From NCBI GenBank assembly GCA_003228125.1, contig QGNP01000001.1, forward strand, positions 67,524-131,523: a stretch of DNA of 64,000 nt, read 5' to 3'. This document shows, in pieces, positions 48,075-58,538 of this stretch. The stretch is from Chloroflexota bacterium. GTDB lineage: Bacteria; Chloroflexota; Dehalococcoidia; UBA2979. How positions within the stretch are numbered: the stretch's first letter is position 1; each line of letters starts with the position of its first letter. Below the pieces are notes generated by a model. It saw nothing but the letters and a program-made list of their open reading frames with translations, had not been told where the DNA came from and made no database searches. Made by a program: the position numbers and the translations under genes.

Positions 48075-48103
48075 AAAAACTTTAATCAATGATTAAAGTT
48101 TTT
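48075..48103. promoter_or_regulatory. perfect 14-bp-arm palindrome (AAAAACTTTAATCA-a-TGATTAAAGTTTTT): candidate operator or weak bidirectional terminator
   Basis: Base-by-base check shows perfect dyad symmetry around 48089. Only two G:C pairs, so a weak RNA hairpin, flanked by A9 and T5. About 40 bp upstream of the PiT-like gene start and about 280 bp downstream of the trpS stop. Confidence 0.45.
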
Positions 48104-48383
48104 ATACAATTAACGATATTTATCAATAAATTCTGAGCAACCTATACTTGCTTGAAGTAAATAATAAAATTTAATTTTACTATTTCGCTTAGCTACATTG
48201 TAGGCTGAACGATGTTGCCTAGATGGAACTGAAGGAATGCTCATAAAAAATCTCACAAAGTTTTTTTTATAACGCAGATATTGTGTATTTTTTCGCACTG
48301 TTGCGCAATCTTATTTATTAATATTTTATTTTATTTTATTTAAACAATTTAAACAAAAAAAAATAACTGATTTAATTATTTAA

Positions 48384-49424
48384 TTAATACCCAAGTTTCA
48401 GTGTAGATTTGAGTTCTTTCATTGTTTGTTTTGCAACCTTCGAAGCATGAGTGGATCCTTCTTGTAAAGCATCTTTAACAAGTTTTTTGTTTTGATCATA
48501 GTAATTTCTTTTTTCTCTAATTGGTAATAAGAATGTGTTAATTGCATTAAATAATTTCATCTTGACTTCTACATCTCCTACTTTTCCATTTTGATATCTT
48601 TCTTTTAAATCTTTAATTTCATCGGTATTTTTATTGAATGCATCGTGATAAATAAAGACCGGATTACCTTCAACCTTGCCAGGATCAGTTACATGAATAC
48701 GTGTTGGATCAGTATACATTTGCATAATTTTCTTTTTTACTGTTTGTTCGTCATCTTTAAGATAAATAGCATTATTTGCTGATTTACTCATTTTGATATC
48801 TGGTCCATTAATGCCTACGAGTCTTGGGACTCTTCCTACTAAAGCTTTTGGAACTGGAAATAGATCGTACCCTGCTAATTTATTTATCTTTCTTGCTATT
48901 TCTCTTGCCATTTCAATGTGAGGCAATTGATCTTCACCAACTGGTACAAGATGAGCTTTAGGCATTAAAATATTTGCTACTTGTAAAACAGGATAATTAA
49001 AAAATGCTAAGGAAGGAGGCTTGTTCCCTAGAGCATCTATTTCATTTTTTAACGTAGGATTTCTTTGCAACCTGCCTAACTGCACGAACCAACTCAGCCA
49101 CATTGCTAATTCTGCATGTTCTGGCACTAAACTTTCAACAGTAAAATGACTTGTTTTGGGGTCAAGCCCTATTGATAACCAATCAGTTGCAATTTCTAAT
49201 ATTGATTCATTGATAATATCAAGTCGATCAACATAATCTGCTACTTGATAATTTGCTATTAGAAAAAAGCACTCATATTCGTTTTGTAACTTGATCCAAT
49301 TTTCTAAAGCTCCAACATAGTGACCTAGATGCAAAGAACCGGTAGGCCTGATGCCAGTTAATATTCGTTTTTTTTCTTGTTTTACCATTATATTTCCCTT
49401 GTTACATTTTTTCGGGAGCTTCAA
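48384..49424 (-). CDS. trpS: tryptophan--tRNA ligase
   Basis: 346 aa. Class I motifs '[12 protein letters not shown]' (HIGH-type) and 'KMSKS'. TrpS-length Rossmann plus anticodon-binding domain. Confidence 0.85.
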   Translation of the reverse strand: MKLPKKCNKGNIMVKQEKKRILTGIRPTGSLHLGHYVGALENWIKLQNEYECFFLIANYQVADYVDRLDIINESILEIATDWLSIGLDPKTSHFTVESLVPEHAELAMWLSWFVQLGRLQRNPTLKNEIDALGNKPPSLAFFNYPVLQVANILMPKAHLVPVGEDQLPHIEMAREIARKINKLAGYDLFPVPKALVGRVPRLVGINGPDIKMSKSANNAIYLKDDEQTVKKKIMQMYTDPTRIHVTDPGKVEGNPVFIYHDAFNKNTDEIKDLKERYQNGKVGDVEVKMKLFNAINTFLLPIREKRNYYDQNKKLVKDALQEGSTHASKVAKQTMKELKSTLKLGY

Positions 49425-51063
49425 CTCCTATAAGATCAAGTGTACTAGCTAAAACAATTTTACATGCTTCAAGCAGTGCAAGCCTAGCTTCTGATAATTT
49501 TTTATTCTTTATATCAATAACTTTACAATTTGTATAGAAGTGATGAAATGCATGCGCTAGCTCAATAGAATAATGCGGTAAATGATGCGGTGCTAGTTCT
49601 TCAGCAACTTTTGTAATTAGTTGAGGAAAATAAATTAATTTTTTAATGAGTGCAAGTTCAGATTCTTCTTGGATGGTACTAAGATTTTCGTGGGAGCTTG
49701 TAATTTTTTCTTCAGTTGCTTTTTTTAAGACAGCACAAATCCGAGCATGAGCATATTGTACATAATATACTGGGTTATCTTTGGTTTGTTTTTTTGCTAG
49801 TTCTAGATCAAATTCCATTGCTTGATTTGCCGATTGAGAGAGGAAAAAAAACCTCATTGCATCCTTGCCAGTTTCTGTAAAAATTTCTTTTAATGAAATT
49901 ATTTCTCCTGCTCGTTTAGACAATGGAACAATTTTCTCTCCTCTTTTAAGTGTAATAAGCTGATAAAGCAGAATTTCTATTCTATTTTGATCAATTCCAA
50001 TTGCCTCAATTGCTTTTTTCAATCTTGAAACATGGCCTTGATGATCTGCTCCCCAAATATTTATTATTTTATCAAATTTTCTTTCAAATAGCTTGTTGTA
50101 GTGATACGCAATATCAGCTGAAAAATATGTTGGAGTCCCATCTGTTCTCAGCAGCACATTGTCTTTGCTATCACCTAATTTTGATGATTGAAACCATAAA
50201 GCATTTTCTTTCTTTTCAATAAAATTATTAGTACTAAGTTTTTTAATGATGGCAGCAATTGTTTTTCTTTTATGTAAGTCGCTTTCATAAAACCAATTTG
50301 TGAATTCAACTCCTATTCCTTTTAATTCATTTTTCATATCATCTATCATTATTGATAGACCAAGTGCAGTTAGTTCTTGATTTTGGTTGTTGTTTTCTTC
50401 TATAAAAATAGATGAATCCTTATATTTATGTTTGATTAATTTAGCCAGATCAATCATGTACGCACCTCGGTATCCATTTTCAGGAATTTTTATTTCTTTG
50501 CCATTTAATTGAGAATATCGAGCATAGAGTGTTTGTCCAAACAGTGAAATTTGATTTCCTGTATCATTGATATAAAATTCTTCTTCGATCATAAAATTAC
50601 ATTTTCTTAATACTTTTGCGAGAGAAGAACCAATTGATGCACCTCTACCATTTCCTATATGCACTGGTCCAGTTGGATTCGCTGATACATATTCAATTAA
50701 CATTTTATTATTATTACCAGTATTGTTATTTCCATATGAAGATGATGAATTGATTGTCTTTATTTGTTGGGATAACCATGACTTGTTAAGATAAAAGTTA
50801 ATAAAGCCAGGTTTGGCTAGAACTATTTCATCAATAATTGTAGTTGTAGTGATATTAGTGATAATAGTTTCTGCTATTTCTATTGGATTTTTATTCACAA
50901 GAGATTTTAATTGCATTGCGATATTACTTGAATAGTCTCCATGTCCACTAATTTGTGAAGTGTCAATCTTTATTTTTGGTATTTCAAAAATAGTAAATTC
51001 GCCTGCAGTTTGTGCACGGGACACTGACTTGTAAATTAATTTTGATATTTCTTCTTCAATCAT
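49402..51063 (-). CDS. argS: arginine--tRNA ligase
   Basis: 553 aa. '[18 protein letters not shown]' (HIGH region of ArgS). The Arg_tRNA_synt_N add-on and the DALR anticodon-binding C-terminus pattern. Overlaps the trpS start. Confidence 0.9.
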   Translation of the reverse strand: MIEEEISKLIYKSVSRAQTAGEFTIFEIPKIKIDTSQISGHGDYSSNIAMQLKSLVNKNPIEIAETIITNITTTTIIDEIVLAKPGFINFYLNKSWLSQQIKTINSSSSYGNNNTGNNNKMLIEYVSANPTGPVHIGNGRGASIGSSLAKVLRKCNFMIEEEFYINDTGNQISLFGQTLYARYSQLNGKEIKIPENGYRGAYMIDLAKLIKHKYKDSSIFIEENNNQNQELTALGLSIMIDDMKNELKGIGVEFTNWFYESDLHKRKTIAAIIKKLSTNNFIEKKENALWFQSSKLGDSKDNVLLRTDGTPTYFSADIAYHYNKLFERKFDKIINIWGADHQGHVSRLKKAIEAIGIDQNRIEILLYQLITLKRGEKIVPLSKRAGEIISLKEIFTETGKDAMRFFFLSQSANQAMEFDLELAKKQTKDNPVYYVQYAHARICAVLKKATEEKITSSHENLSTIQEESELALIKKLIYFPQLITKVAEELAPHHLPHYSIELAHAFHHFYTNCKVIDIKNKKLSEARLALLEACKIVLASTLDLIGVEAPEKM

Positions 51064-51080
51064 GTGCGTCTCTATTTTTT

Positions 51081-53525
51081 TTAGTGTATTTCATGAATTA
51101 TCTTATTACTAAATACATCAGTAAGCTCAGTAATTTTTTTCTTATCTAATTCTGAGAAATCATATTTACCATTTAGTATAGTAGATGCTTCTTGTCGTGC
51201 TCTGTCAATTAATCTTGCATCTAATAATGCCGCCACTCTAATACTAGGAAGTCCTGATTGCTTTGTCCCATACACTTCTCCAGGTCCTCGTAATTGTAAA
51301 TCAGCTTCTGCAAGTTCAAAGCCATCATTAATAGATTCAAATGTTTTTAATCTAAGCTCAGACTCTTCATTAGCATTGTCAGCAATTAAAAAGCAATATG
51401 AATCTTTATCACTTCTACCAACTCTTCCACGTAATTGATGTAATTGTGCCAGACCAAATCTATCTGCACCTTCAATAACAATGACAGTTGCATCAGGAAT
51501 ATCAATTCCAACCTCTATAACTGAAGTTGCAACGAGTATACTTAATTCTTTTTTTTCAAATTTTTCCATGATTTTTTCTTTTTCTTTTGATTTCATTTTT
51601 CCATGGATTAGTCCAATTTTCTCTTTAATTTCTGGGAAGATGTCGTTCTGTAATCTTTTATGTTCTGTTATTACAGCCTTCCGATCAATAAATTCAGATT
51701 CTTCAACAAGAGGACATATTACAAATGCTTGATTGCCATTATTAATTTCACTAAAAATTTTATCAAATGCCTTTGATGTATCTGTCTGTTTTAATAATTT
51801 AGTTTTAATAGTCTTTCTTCCTTTTGGTAACTCATCTATAATTGTTAAGTCGAGATCTCCATATGCTGTTAAAGCAAGCGTTCTTGGAATAGGAGTTGCA
51901 GTCATCACTAGTGTATGCGGCTCAATTTCTTTTTCAGAAGACTTATTCTTAAGTTCTGCTCTTTGCATAACGCCAAATCTGTGTTGTTCATCAATGACAA
52001 TTAATCCTAATTTTTTAAATTGAACCCCTGTTTGTATTAACGCATGTGTGCCAATCACTATACTTGCAGTTCCATTATTGATTAGTTCAAGATTATATTT
52101 TTTCTCTTTTGCACTCATTGATCCTGTAAGCAATACAATTCTTACTGGATCAATGAAGCCAGGTATATTAGCTAATCTAAATAGAGTGAGTTCTGTTTTT
52201 CCAGTCAATAACTTTATGATTGTTTTAAAATGTTGCTCAGCTAGTATTTCAGTTGGAGCCATTAATACGGCTTGTCCTTTTTGTGTAACTATTGCTAGAA
52301 TTGCACATAAGGCTATAACTGTTTTTCCAGAACCTACATCACCTTCGAGTAATCTTGACATAGGAGTATTACTTTGTAAGTCATTCATAATTGTTGTTAT
52401 AGATTTTTGTTGAGCATTCGTAAGTTCAAAAGGCAAAGTTGTAATAAAATTATTAACAATTGAAGTATCGATAATTTGAACTGCACTTATAAGTTGAGAA
52501 GCTGCTTGTTTTTTCTGCATTATTGAGATTTGTATGCCAAGTAATTCTTCAAAGGCAATTCTTTTTTGAGCTACATACATTTCTTCCATAGTTGCAGGAG
52601 AATGTATATGTTGAATTGCTTGACTCAACGAAGGGTAAGCATATTTTTTTCTGATTATTTCTGGCAATGTATCTTGCACATTTAATGAGTACGTTTCAAT
52701 TATTTTTTTTGTAAAATTTCTAATTGTTTTTTGAGCAATCCCTTTTGTTAAATGATATGTAGGAATAATTTTTCCTGCATAGTTATTTTTATCGATGATT
52801 TCATATTCTGCATTATCAAAGGTGGGTTGACCTTTGTAAAACTTAACTTTACCTGATAGAGCAACTTGATATCCAATTTTTAAATAATTAGCAATAAATA
52901 CTTGATTAAACCAAAGTATACGCATGCTTGAATTTTTTTCATCCTTAATTATAATTTCAGTTGCACGAAGCTTTCCTCCTCTTCCCATTCTTATAATTTT
53001 TGATTTTATTATTTTGCCCTTGACAGTTTGATACTTGCCAGATTCGAGTGTTGCGATGGGGACGATTTGAGAGAAGTCAGTATACCTATAAGGGAAAAAC
53101 ATAAGCGCATCATGCACAGACATCACGCCTAGTTTTTCTAACGAAGTGATAGTGTTGGCTCTAATACCCAAGTTAGATTGTTTAATTGAAAGCTGTAATA
53201 TTTTTTTTGGGTCAGTAATTGTTTTGGTACTATTTTTTATATTAATTTCACGAGGGACCTGTTTTTTGTTTTGATTTTTTTGATTAAATTTATCAGCAGT
53301 TTGCATTAAGTTAAGGGCAGTTTGGATCCATTGACTCCTATTTTCTATTGAAAGTGAGCGGTATCCTTCCATGGGCAAGATTGCTATAACTTTTATGATT
53401 GTAGATGAAGGACTTTGATTTATTGTTAATTTTGACAAATAGGCATCAAGTCCACCATTAACAGCTTTATTTATACAACCATTTTTTAATTCAAATGCAA
53501 GTATTTCATTAATACGATTTGTCAT
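51081..53525 (-). CDS. recG: ATP-dependent DNA helicase RecG
   Basis: 814 aa. Wedge-domain region, then SF2 helicase motifs 'GDVGSGKT' (Walker A), 'DEQHRFG' (DEQH) and 'QLRGRVGR'. Confidence 0.9.
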   Translation of the reverse strand: MTNRINEILAFELKNGCINKAVNGGLDAYLSKLTINQSPSSTIIKVIAILPMEGYRSLSIENRSQWIQTALNLMQTADKFNQKNQNKKQVPREINIKNSTKTITDPKKILQLSIKQSNLGIRANTITSLEKLGVMSVHDALMFFPYRYTDFSQIVPIATLESGKYQTVKGKIIKSKIIRMGRGGKLRATEIIIKDEKNSSMRILWFNQVFIANYLKIGYQVALSGKVKFYKGQPTFDNAEYEIIDKNNYAGKIIPTYHLTKGIAQKTIRNFTKKIIETYSLNVQDTLPEIIRKKYAYPSLSQAIQHIHSPATMEEMYVAQKRIAFEELLGIQISIMQKKQAASQLISAVQIIDTSIVNNFITTLPFELTNAQQKSITTIMNDLQSNTPMSRLLEGDVGSGKTVIALCAILAIVTQKGQAVLMAPTEILAEQHFKTIIKLLTGKTELTLFRLANIPGFIDPVRIVLLTGSMSAKEKKYNLELINNGTASIVIGTHALIQTGVQFKKLGLIVIDEQHRFGVMQRAELKNKSSEKEIEPHTLVMTATPIPRTLALTAYGDLDLTIIDELPKGRKTIKTKLLKQTDTSKAFDKIFSEINNGNQAFVICPLVEESEFIDRKAVITEHKRLQNDIFPEIKEKIGLIHGKMKSKEKEKIMEKFEKKELSILVATSVIEVGIDIPDATVIVIEGADRFGLAQLHQLRGRVGRSDKDSYCFLIADNANEESELRLKTFESINDGFELAEADLQLRGPGEVYGTKQSGLPSIRVAALLDARLIDRARQEASTILNGKYDFSELDKKKITELTDVFSNKIIHEIH

Positions 53526-53549
53526 TAAAGCGCTCAGTGAATAATTCAG

Positions 53550-54392
53550 TTATTTTTTTGATGAAACAGCAGTAATTCCTATAGAACCTGGTCCTGCATG
53601 GACGCCTAAAACAGGGGATAATTGCCTTATCATTGGGATTGAATTTTTATCAATTGCTATTAATTTATTTGCAACTTCTTGCGCTAAGTCCAGTGAATTG
53701 CCATGCATGACTCCAATATATTCAAAGGGAGCTAATTCAGTAGCCATTTCAATCATTGAATCAATAGTTTTATTAAAATTTCTCGCTTTTCCTGCACTTT
53801 CAATTAACCCATTGTTAAGGGTAATAATGGGTTTAAAATTTAATTTAGTCCCTATAAAACCTTTTGCCTTGCTCATTCTTCCACCTTTAATTAAATACTC
53901 TAGTGTATTTAATCCTACGAAAACTTTTGTTCTGTTCATTTGATTTTCTATAATCTCTTTTAATTCATTGATTGAAGCACCATTTTTTAAATTTTTAGCT
54001 GCTTCAATTACTGCAAAACCTAAGGGCAATGAAACTCCCCCTGTGTCTAATACTTCTACTGTGCAATTTTTAACTTGAGAAGCTGCTTGTGTTGCTGATT
54101 CAAAAGTGCCTGATAATTTTTTTGAAATGTGTATTGATAATATTTCTGTTACTCCATTAGCAATTAATTCTTTGTATAAATTTAAAAAAGCACCGACTGA
54201 TGGCTGAGATGTTTTTGGATGATTTGGATCAGTAAGCAGTCTATCAAAAAATTCAATTTCCGTTATATCTTTCATGTCTAATAATGATTGCTCCCCAAAT
54301 GTTAAAGTTAATGGGATAACATGAACGCCCAGTTCATGTGCGGTTTCTTTAGAAATATTTGCTGTTGAATCTGTAACAATTGCTAGTGTCAT
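53550..54392 (-). CDS. DegV family fatty-acid-binding protein
   Basis: 280 aa. 'MTLAIVTDSTANI' DegV N-terminus with the conserved Ser/Thr. Confidence 0.8.
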   Translation of the reverse strand: MTLAIVTDSTANISKETAHELGVHVIPLTLTFGEQSLLDMKDITEIEFFDRLLTDPNHPKTSQPSVGAFLNLYKELIANGVTEILSIHISKKLSGTFESATQAASQVKNCTVEVLDTGGVSLPLGFAVIEAAKNLKNGASINELKEIIENQMNRTKVFVGLNTLEYLIKGGRMSKAKGFIGTKLNFKPIITLNNGLIESAGKARNFNKTIDSMIEMATELAPFEYIGVMHGNSLDLAQEVANKLIAIDKNSIPMIRQLSPVLGVHAGPGSIGITAVSSKK

Positions 54393-54401
54393 TATTTTCT
54401 C

Positions 54402-56012
54402 CTATTCGACTGAACCTAGTATATGATATAAAGGCTGTCCTCCATTATACAACTCAATATCTAATTCTTTGAAAGTTGAATTGAGTAAATTTGATAATTC
54501 TTCTCTTTCTTTGCTGTTTATCATATCACCAGTATATAAGGTGATTAGTTCGGAGTCAGCTATTTGAGATAGAGTAGCATTCAATACATTATTAAAATTA
54601 TTATCAGTTGCTACAATTTCACCGTTAATCATGGCCATATAATCTCCTGAATTAATCTGTAAATTATTGATTATTGTTGTTTTAACTGCAGTAGTAATTT
54701 CTATTGATTTAGTTTTATAGATATTATTTTTCATTGATTTGATTATCTGTTCGATATTTCCACTTGTTAAATAATCTAATGCTGCAACTATTCCAATTGC
54801 TGGAGAAGTTGTTGGAATTACTTTTATAAAACCTTTTGATAACTCTGCAGCTTGTTCTGCTGATGCAATAATATTTTTGTTATTTGCTAAAATAATGCAA
54901 TTTTTACTAGCAATTTTTTTGGCCATATTTAGCATCTTCCCGCTATTTGGATTAGCCCCTTGGCCTCCATCAATAAAATGCATAACGCCTAATTCATTAT
55001 AAATATCTTTAAGACCACTGCCTTGAACAATTGCAATAATTCCAATTTCTTCAATTATAATTTCTGTTTTAGTATCATTATTTTTCATCATCTGTTCATG
55101 TTGCTCTTGCATATTTTCTATTTTTATATTTTCTACTATGCCTATTTCCTTACCAACAGCTATTGCGTTATCTGGGACTTCGACATGAATGTGTACATGC
55201 ATTATATTTGAATCACCGACAACAATAATGGACTGTCCATTGATTGCAGCAAGCTTTTTTTCCATCTCTTGCTTTGTTATTATAGGATTTTTGATTAAAA
55301 ATTCTGTACAAAAACCAAAACTATTTTCTTTACTATGATCGAAATTTAAGTGAACTACTTGAAACTTAGGTAGTTCTGGAGGTGAAATTTTTGAAATACC
55401 AAAATATAATCCTTCTAAAATAACTAGTACTCCAATTGCGCCAGCATCTACAACACCTGCTTCAATTAATTCTGGTAATTGTTCTTTAGTTTTTTCTACA
55501 CTTTCCTTTGCTTCTTTAATGCTTGCTTCTAATGTCTCAGTTATTGAAGTAGTTTTTTTAATTGATTGCATTGCTGACTTTGCAGCATCTCTTAAAACTG
55601 ATAGCATAGTTCCTTCTACAGGATTTGCAAGTGCTTCATATGCAGCTTTAGCAGCACTTTCTAGACCATGAGCAATGTTTTTAGCACTAATTTCTTTCTT
55701 GTCTTTAAATGAATCAGAAAAACCCTTAAGCATTTGAGATAAAATAACACCACTGTTACCACGTGCACCTAACAATGCTCCTGTTGCTAAATTATTAGTA
55801 AATTCTGAAATAGATTTATATTGTTTTTTTTGATTCTCACTAATTGCTGCTTTAAGTGTCAAGAGCATGTTTGTACCTGTGTCGCCATCAGGTACTGGGT
55901 ATACATTGATAGAATTGATAGATTCTCGATTTATTGAGAGCCAATTCTCTGCTACTTTAAATGCTGCATCTAAATCTTTTATAGATATTGTTGATGCATT
56001 ATTTTTTTGCAT
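54402..56012 (-). CDS. DAK2-domain protein (YloV-like DAK2 fusion protein)
   Basis: 536 aa. N-terminal Dak2 domain ('DGDTGTNM'). C-terminal DegV-like/YloV extension. The classic Gram-positive position between rpmB and degV/recG. Confidence 0.8.
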   Translation of the reverse strand: MQKNNASTISIKDLDAAFKVAENWLSINRESINSINVYPVPDGDTGTNMLLTLKAAISENQKKQYKSISEFTNNLATGALLGARGNSGVILSQMLKGFSDSFKDKKEISAKNIAHGLESAAKAAYEALANPVEGTMLSVLRDAAKSAMQSIKKTTSITETLEASIKEAKESVEKTKEQLPELIEAGVVDAGAIGVLVILEGLYFGISKISPPELPKFQVVHLNFDHSKENSFGFCTEFLIKNPIITKQEMEKKLAAINGQSIIVVGDSNIMHVHIHVEVPDNAIAVGKEIGIVENIKIENMQEQHEQMMKNNDTKTEIIIEEIGIIAIVQGSGLKDIYNELGVMHFIDGGQGANPNSGKMLNMAKKIASKNCIILANNKNIIASAEQAAELSKGFIKVIPTTSPAIGIVAALDYLTSGNIEQIIKSMKNNIYKTKSIEITTAVKTTIINNLQINSGDYMAMINGEIVATDNNFNNVLNATLSQIADSELITLYTGDMINSKEREELSNLLNSTFKELDIELYNGGQPLYHILGSVE

Positions 56013-56189
56013 ACTTATTTCTCTAATTTTAATTTAAAAATATTATGTTATGAGTCTAGTTTACAATCATTCACATAGATATCATGTTTAAACAGTAATT
56101 TTATTATCTTTATTTTATAGATCGTAGAATTATATAATCTATAAAAGAGAAACCTATTTATGGTTTCATTTTAGCTAAATGAGTAAAAT

Positions 56190-56414
56190 ATGTCTTCAGG
56201 AAAATGCGATTTGTGCGAAAAAGTACTTTTGTTTGGTAGAAACATTAGGCATAAACATTCTGGTAGGTGGGAACGTAAAGCGCCTAAAACTAGTAGGAAA
56301 TTCCGACCAAATGTACAATCCAAAAAAATGATCATTGATGGCAAGCTTCAAAGAATTAATATTTGTACTAGATGCATTAGAACACAGATGAAAAAAATTA
56401 TTCTTGCTAATTAA
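56190..56414 (+). CDS. rpmB: 50S ribosomal protein L28 (zinc-ribbon type)
   Basis: 74 aa, basic. 'CDLCEK…CTRCIR' Cys4 ribbon. 'RFRPNVQSKK' resembles the L28 'RRFLPNLQ' core. Divergent from the DAK2 gene, as in Firmicutes and Actinobacteria. Confidence 0.7.
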   Translation: MSSGKCDLCEKVLLFGRNIRHKHSGRWERKAPKTSRKFRPNVQSKKMIIDGKLQRINICTRCIRTQMKKIILAN

Positions 56415-57109
56415 TTATTAGCATCACCAGTTAAGTTCTGTATATTATCTATCTTCATACGAATTTTTGTAATTGTTTTATCCCGATCTAAGTCTTGATT
56501 AAATATAGACGATCCCATAACTAGCATATTCGCACCAGACTCAATACATGAATGCAGATTTTCAATCTTGACTCCTCCGTCAATCTCTATATTGAATTGA
56601 TTTTTATTTTTTTTGGATATTTCGATTAAATATTTTATTTTATCTAGTGATTGCATAATCATTGATTGCCCGCCTTCACCAGGATTGACACTCATAATAG
56701 TTACTTGATCGATTTTTGATAAAAATGGCTCAATATCACTGATGGATGTATCAGGATTAATTGCTAACCCAAATTCTTTATTCATATTATGAGTTTTATT
56801 AATTAAAAATGTTGGGTCTTTTATGGATTCAATATGTACAATAACTCTTTCTATTCCAATTTTTAAAAAACTTAATGCTTGTATTTCTGGGTTAGAGACC
56901 ATTAAGTGAGCTTCGATAGGTAGGCGGGTATTTTTCTTGAGTAATTTTACAATACTCTGCCCAAAAGATATTTGAGGAACAAAATGTCCATCCATAATAT
57001 CCAAATGCCAGTAATTGATGTCTGAATTTTCAATTTTTTTAATTTCTTCTTCTAAGTGCATGTAGTCAACAGTTAATATTGAAGGAGCAATTAATATTTT
57101 TTTATTCAT
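56411..57109 (-). CDS. rpe: ribulose-phosphate 3-epimerase
   Basis: 232 aa. 'IAPSILTVDYMHLEEEI…WHLDIMDGHFVP' is the canonical Rpe N-terminus. Its stop shares a TTAA with rpmB. Confidence 0.9.
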   Translation of the reverse strand: MNKKILIAPSILTVDYMHLEEEIKKIENSDINYWHLDIMDGHFVPQISFGQSIVKLLKKNTRLPIEAHLMVSNPEIQALSFLKIGIERVIVHIESIKDPTFLINKTHNMNKEFGLAINPDTSISDIEPFLSKIDQVTIMSVNPGEGGQSMIMQSLDKIKYLIEISKKNKNQFNIEIDGGVKIENLHSCIESGANMLVMGSSIFNQDLDRDKTITKIRMKIDNIQNLTGDANN

Positions 57110-57115
57110 AGTTAG

Positions 57116-58516
57116 TTATTTAATTTTTTGGATATCTTGTTTTAATTGATGACTTGCTTCTCTTATTGACAATTCAATTTGATTTACTGCTGTACCACCT
57201 GGTAAATCTCTGTTGTTTATAGAAGTTAATGCATCTAAATTTAAAATATCTGATTCGAAATTGATATTGAAATTCTTATATTCTTCTAAAGATAATTCAG
57301 AAAATTGTATATTATTATTACTGCAATGCAAAACGATTTTTCCTACTATTTCATGTGATTTTCTAAAAGGCACTCCTTTTTTAGTTAAGTAATCTGCAAT
57401 ATCTGTTGCTAACGCATATCCTTGTACAGCTAATTTTTCTGCATGAATTTTATTTATTGTTATAGAATTAAGTAGCCCATTAGTAATAGATAAGCAATTT
57501 ATAATTGTGTCAATTGAATCGAATAATGACTCTTTATCCTCTTGGAGGTCTCTATTATAAGTGAGTGGCAATCCTTTTAGAAGTGTCAATATTTGCATTA
57601 AATTGCCAATTACTCTGGCACTCTTACCTCTTACTAATTCAGCAACATCTGGATTTTTTTTCTGAGGCATTATGCTTGAGCCGGTCGCAAAGTCATCATG
57701 AATAGATATTAAGTTAAATTCTGAAGAAGCCCATAAAATTATCTCTTCTGCTAACCTTGAAAGATGCACCATACATATTGCTGATGCTGAATTAATATCA
57801 AATACAAAATCACGATCTGAAACTGCATCCATTGAGTTTTTGCTTATTTTATCAAAATTTAATTGTTTTGCTAAATATGGTCGATCAAAATCATAACCAG
57901 ACCCTGCAAGAGCACCAGATCCTAGGGGCATAATATTGATTCTATTAGTTAATTCAATAAAACGATCTGTATCTCGTTTCATCATTTCTTCATATGCCAG
58001 AAAGTGATGCGCTAGTAAAATAGGCTGAGCATTTTGCATGTGAGTGTAACCTGGAAATATAGTGAGTCGTTCTTGCGTTGCAAGCTCAACAAGCGTTTCT
58101 CTAAAGGCTATGAGTTGATTTAAGATTTCTTTAGTAGCTACTCTACTGTAAATTCTTAAATCTGTAGCAATTAGATCGTTTCGTGATCTACCTGTATGTA
58201 AATACCCAGCGTCATCACCAATTAATTCAAATAATGATGACTCTATTGACATATGAATGTCTTCATTATCTGTGTTAAATTCAAATGAACCTTGTTCTAT
58301 TTTTAAAAGAATTATTTGTAGTCCATCAATAATTTTTTTTGCTTTGTCTTGAGGGATAATTTTTTGTTTATTAAGCATATTTGCGTGTGCAATAGAGCAA
58401 GATATATCTTCTTGAAATAATGCCTTGTCAAATGATAGAGATGAAGTAAATGTTTCAACATCTGCATTAGTTGCTAATTGAAATGCTCCACTCCATAGTT
58501 TTTTTTTCTTTTTCAA
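57116..58516 (-). CDS. argH: argininosuccinate lyase
   Basis: 466 aa. Fumarate-lyase signature 'GSSIMPQKKNPD'. Confidence 0.9.
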   Translation of the reverse strand: MKKKKKLWSGAFQLATNADVETFTSSLSFDKALFQEDISCSIAHANMLNKQKIIPQDKAKKIIDGLQIILLKIEQGSFEFNTDNEDIHMSIESSLFELIGDDAGYLHTGRSRNDLIATDLRIYSRVATKEILNQLIAFRETLVELATQERLTIFPGYTHMQNAQPILLAHHFLAYEEMMKRDTDRFIELTNRINIMPLGSGALAGSGYDFDRPYLAKQLNFDKISKNSMDAVSDRDFVFDINSASAICMVHLSRLAEEIILWASSEFNLISIHDDFATGSSIMPQKKNPDVAELVRGKSARVIGNLMQILTLLKGLPLTYNRDLQEDKESLFDSIDTIINCLSITNGLLNSITINKIHAEKLAVQGYALATDIADYLTKKGVPFRKSHEIVGKIVLHCSNNNIQFSELSLEEYKNFNINFESDILNLDALTSINNRDLPGGTAVNQIELSIREASHQLKQDIQKIK

Positions 58517-58538
58517 AGCTTGCTCCTGAATTTTTTTT

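Noticed and set aside
48110-48298. 62-aa K/R-rich ORF as a ribosomal protein (L32/L33/L35/S21-like)
   Set aside because: Its composition is basic, but there is no match to the conserved cores of small ribosomal proteins that I can recall. No convincing RBS. It lies in a region that may equally be non-coding RNA or regulatory DNA. Kept only as part of the intergenic-region finding.
51064-51080. T-box leader upstream of the argS–trpS aminoacyl-tRNA synthetase pair
   Set aside because: Only 17 bp separate argS from recG, and argS overlaps trpS. There is no room for a T-box of about 200–300 nt.
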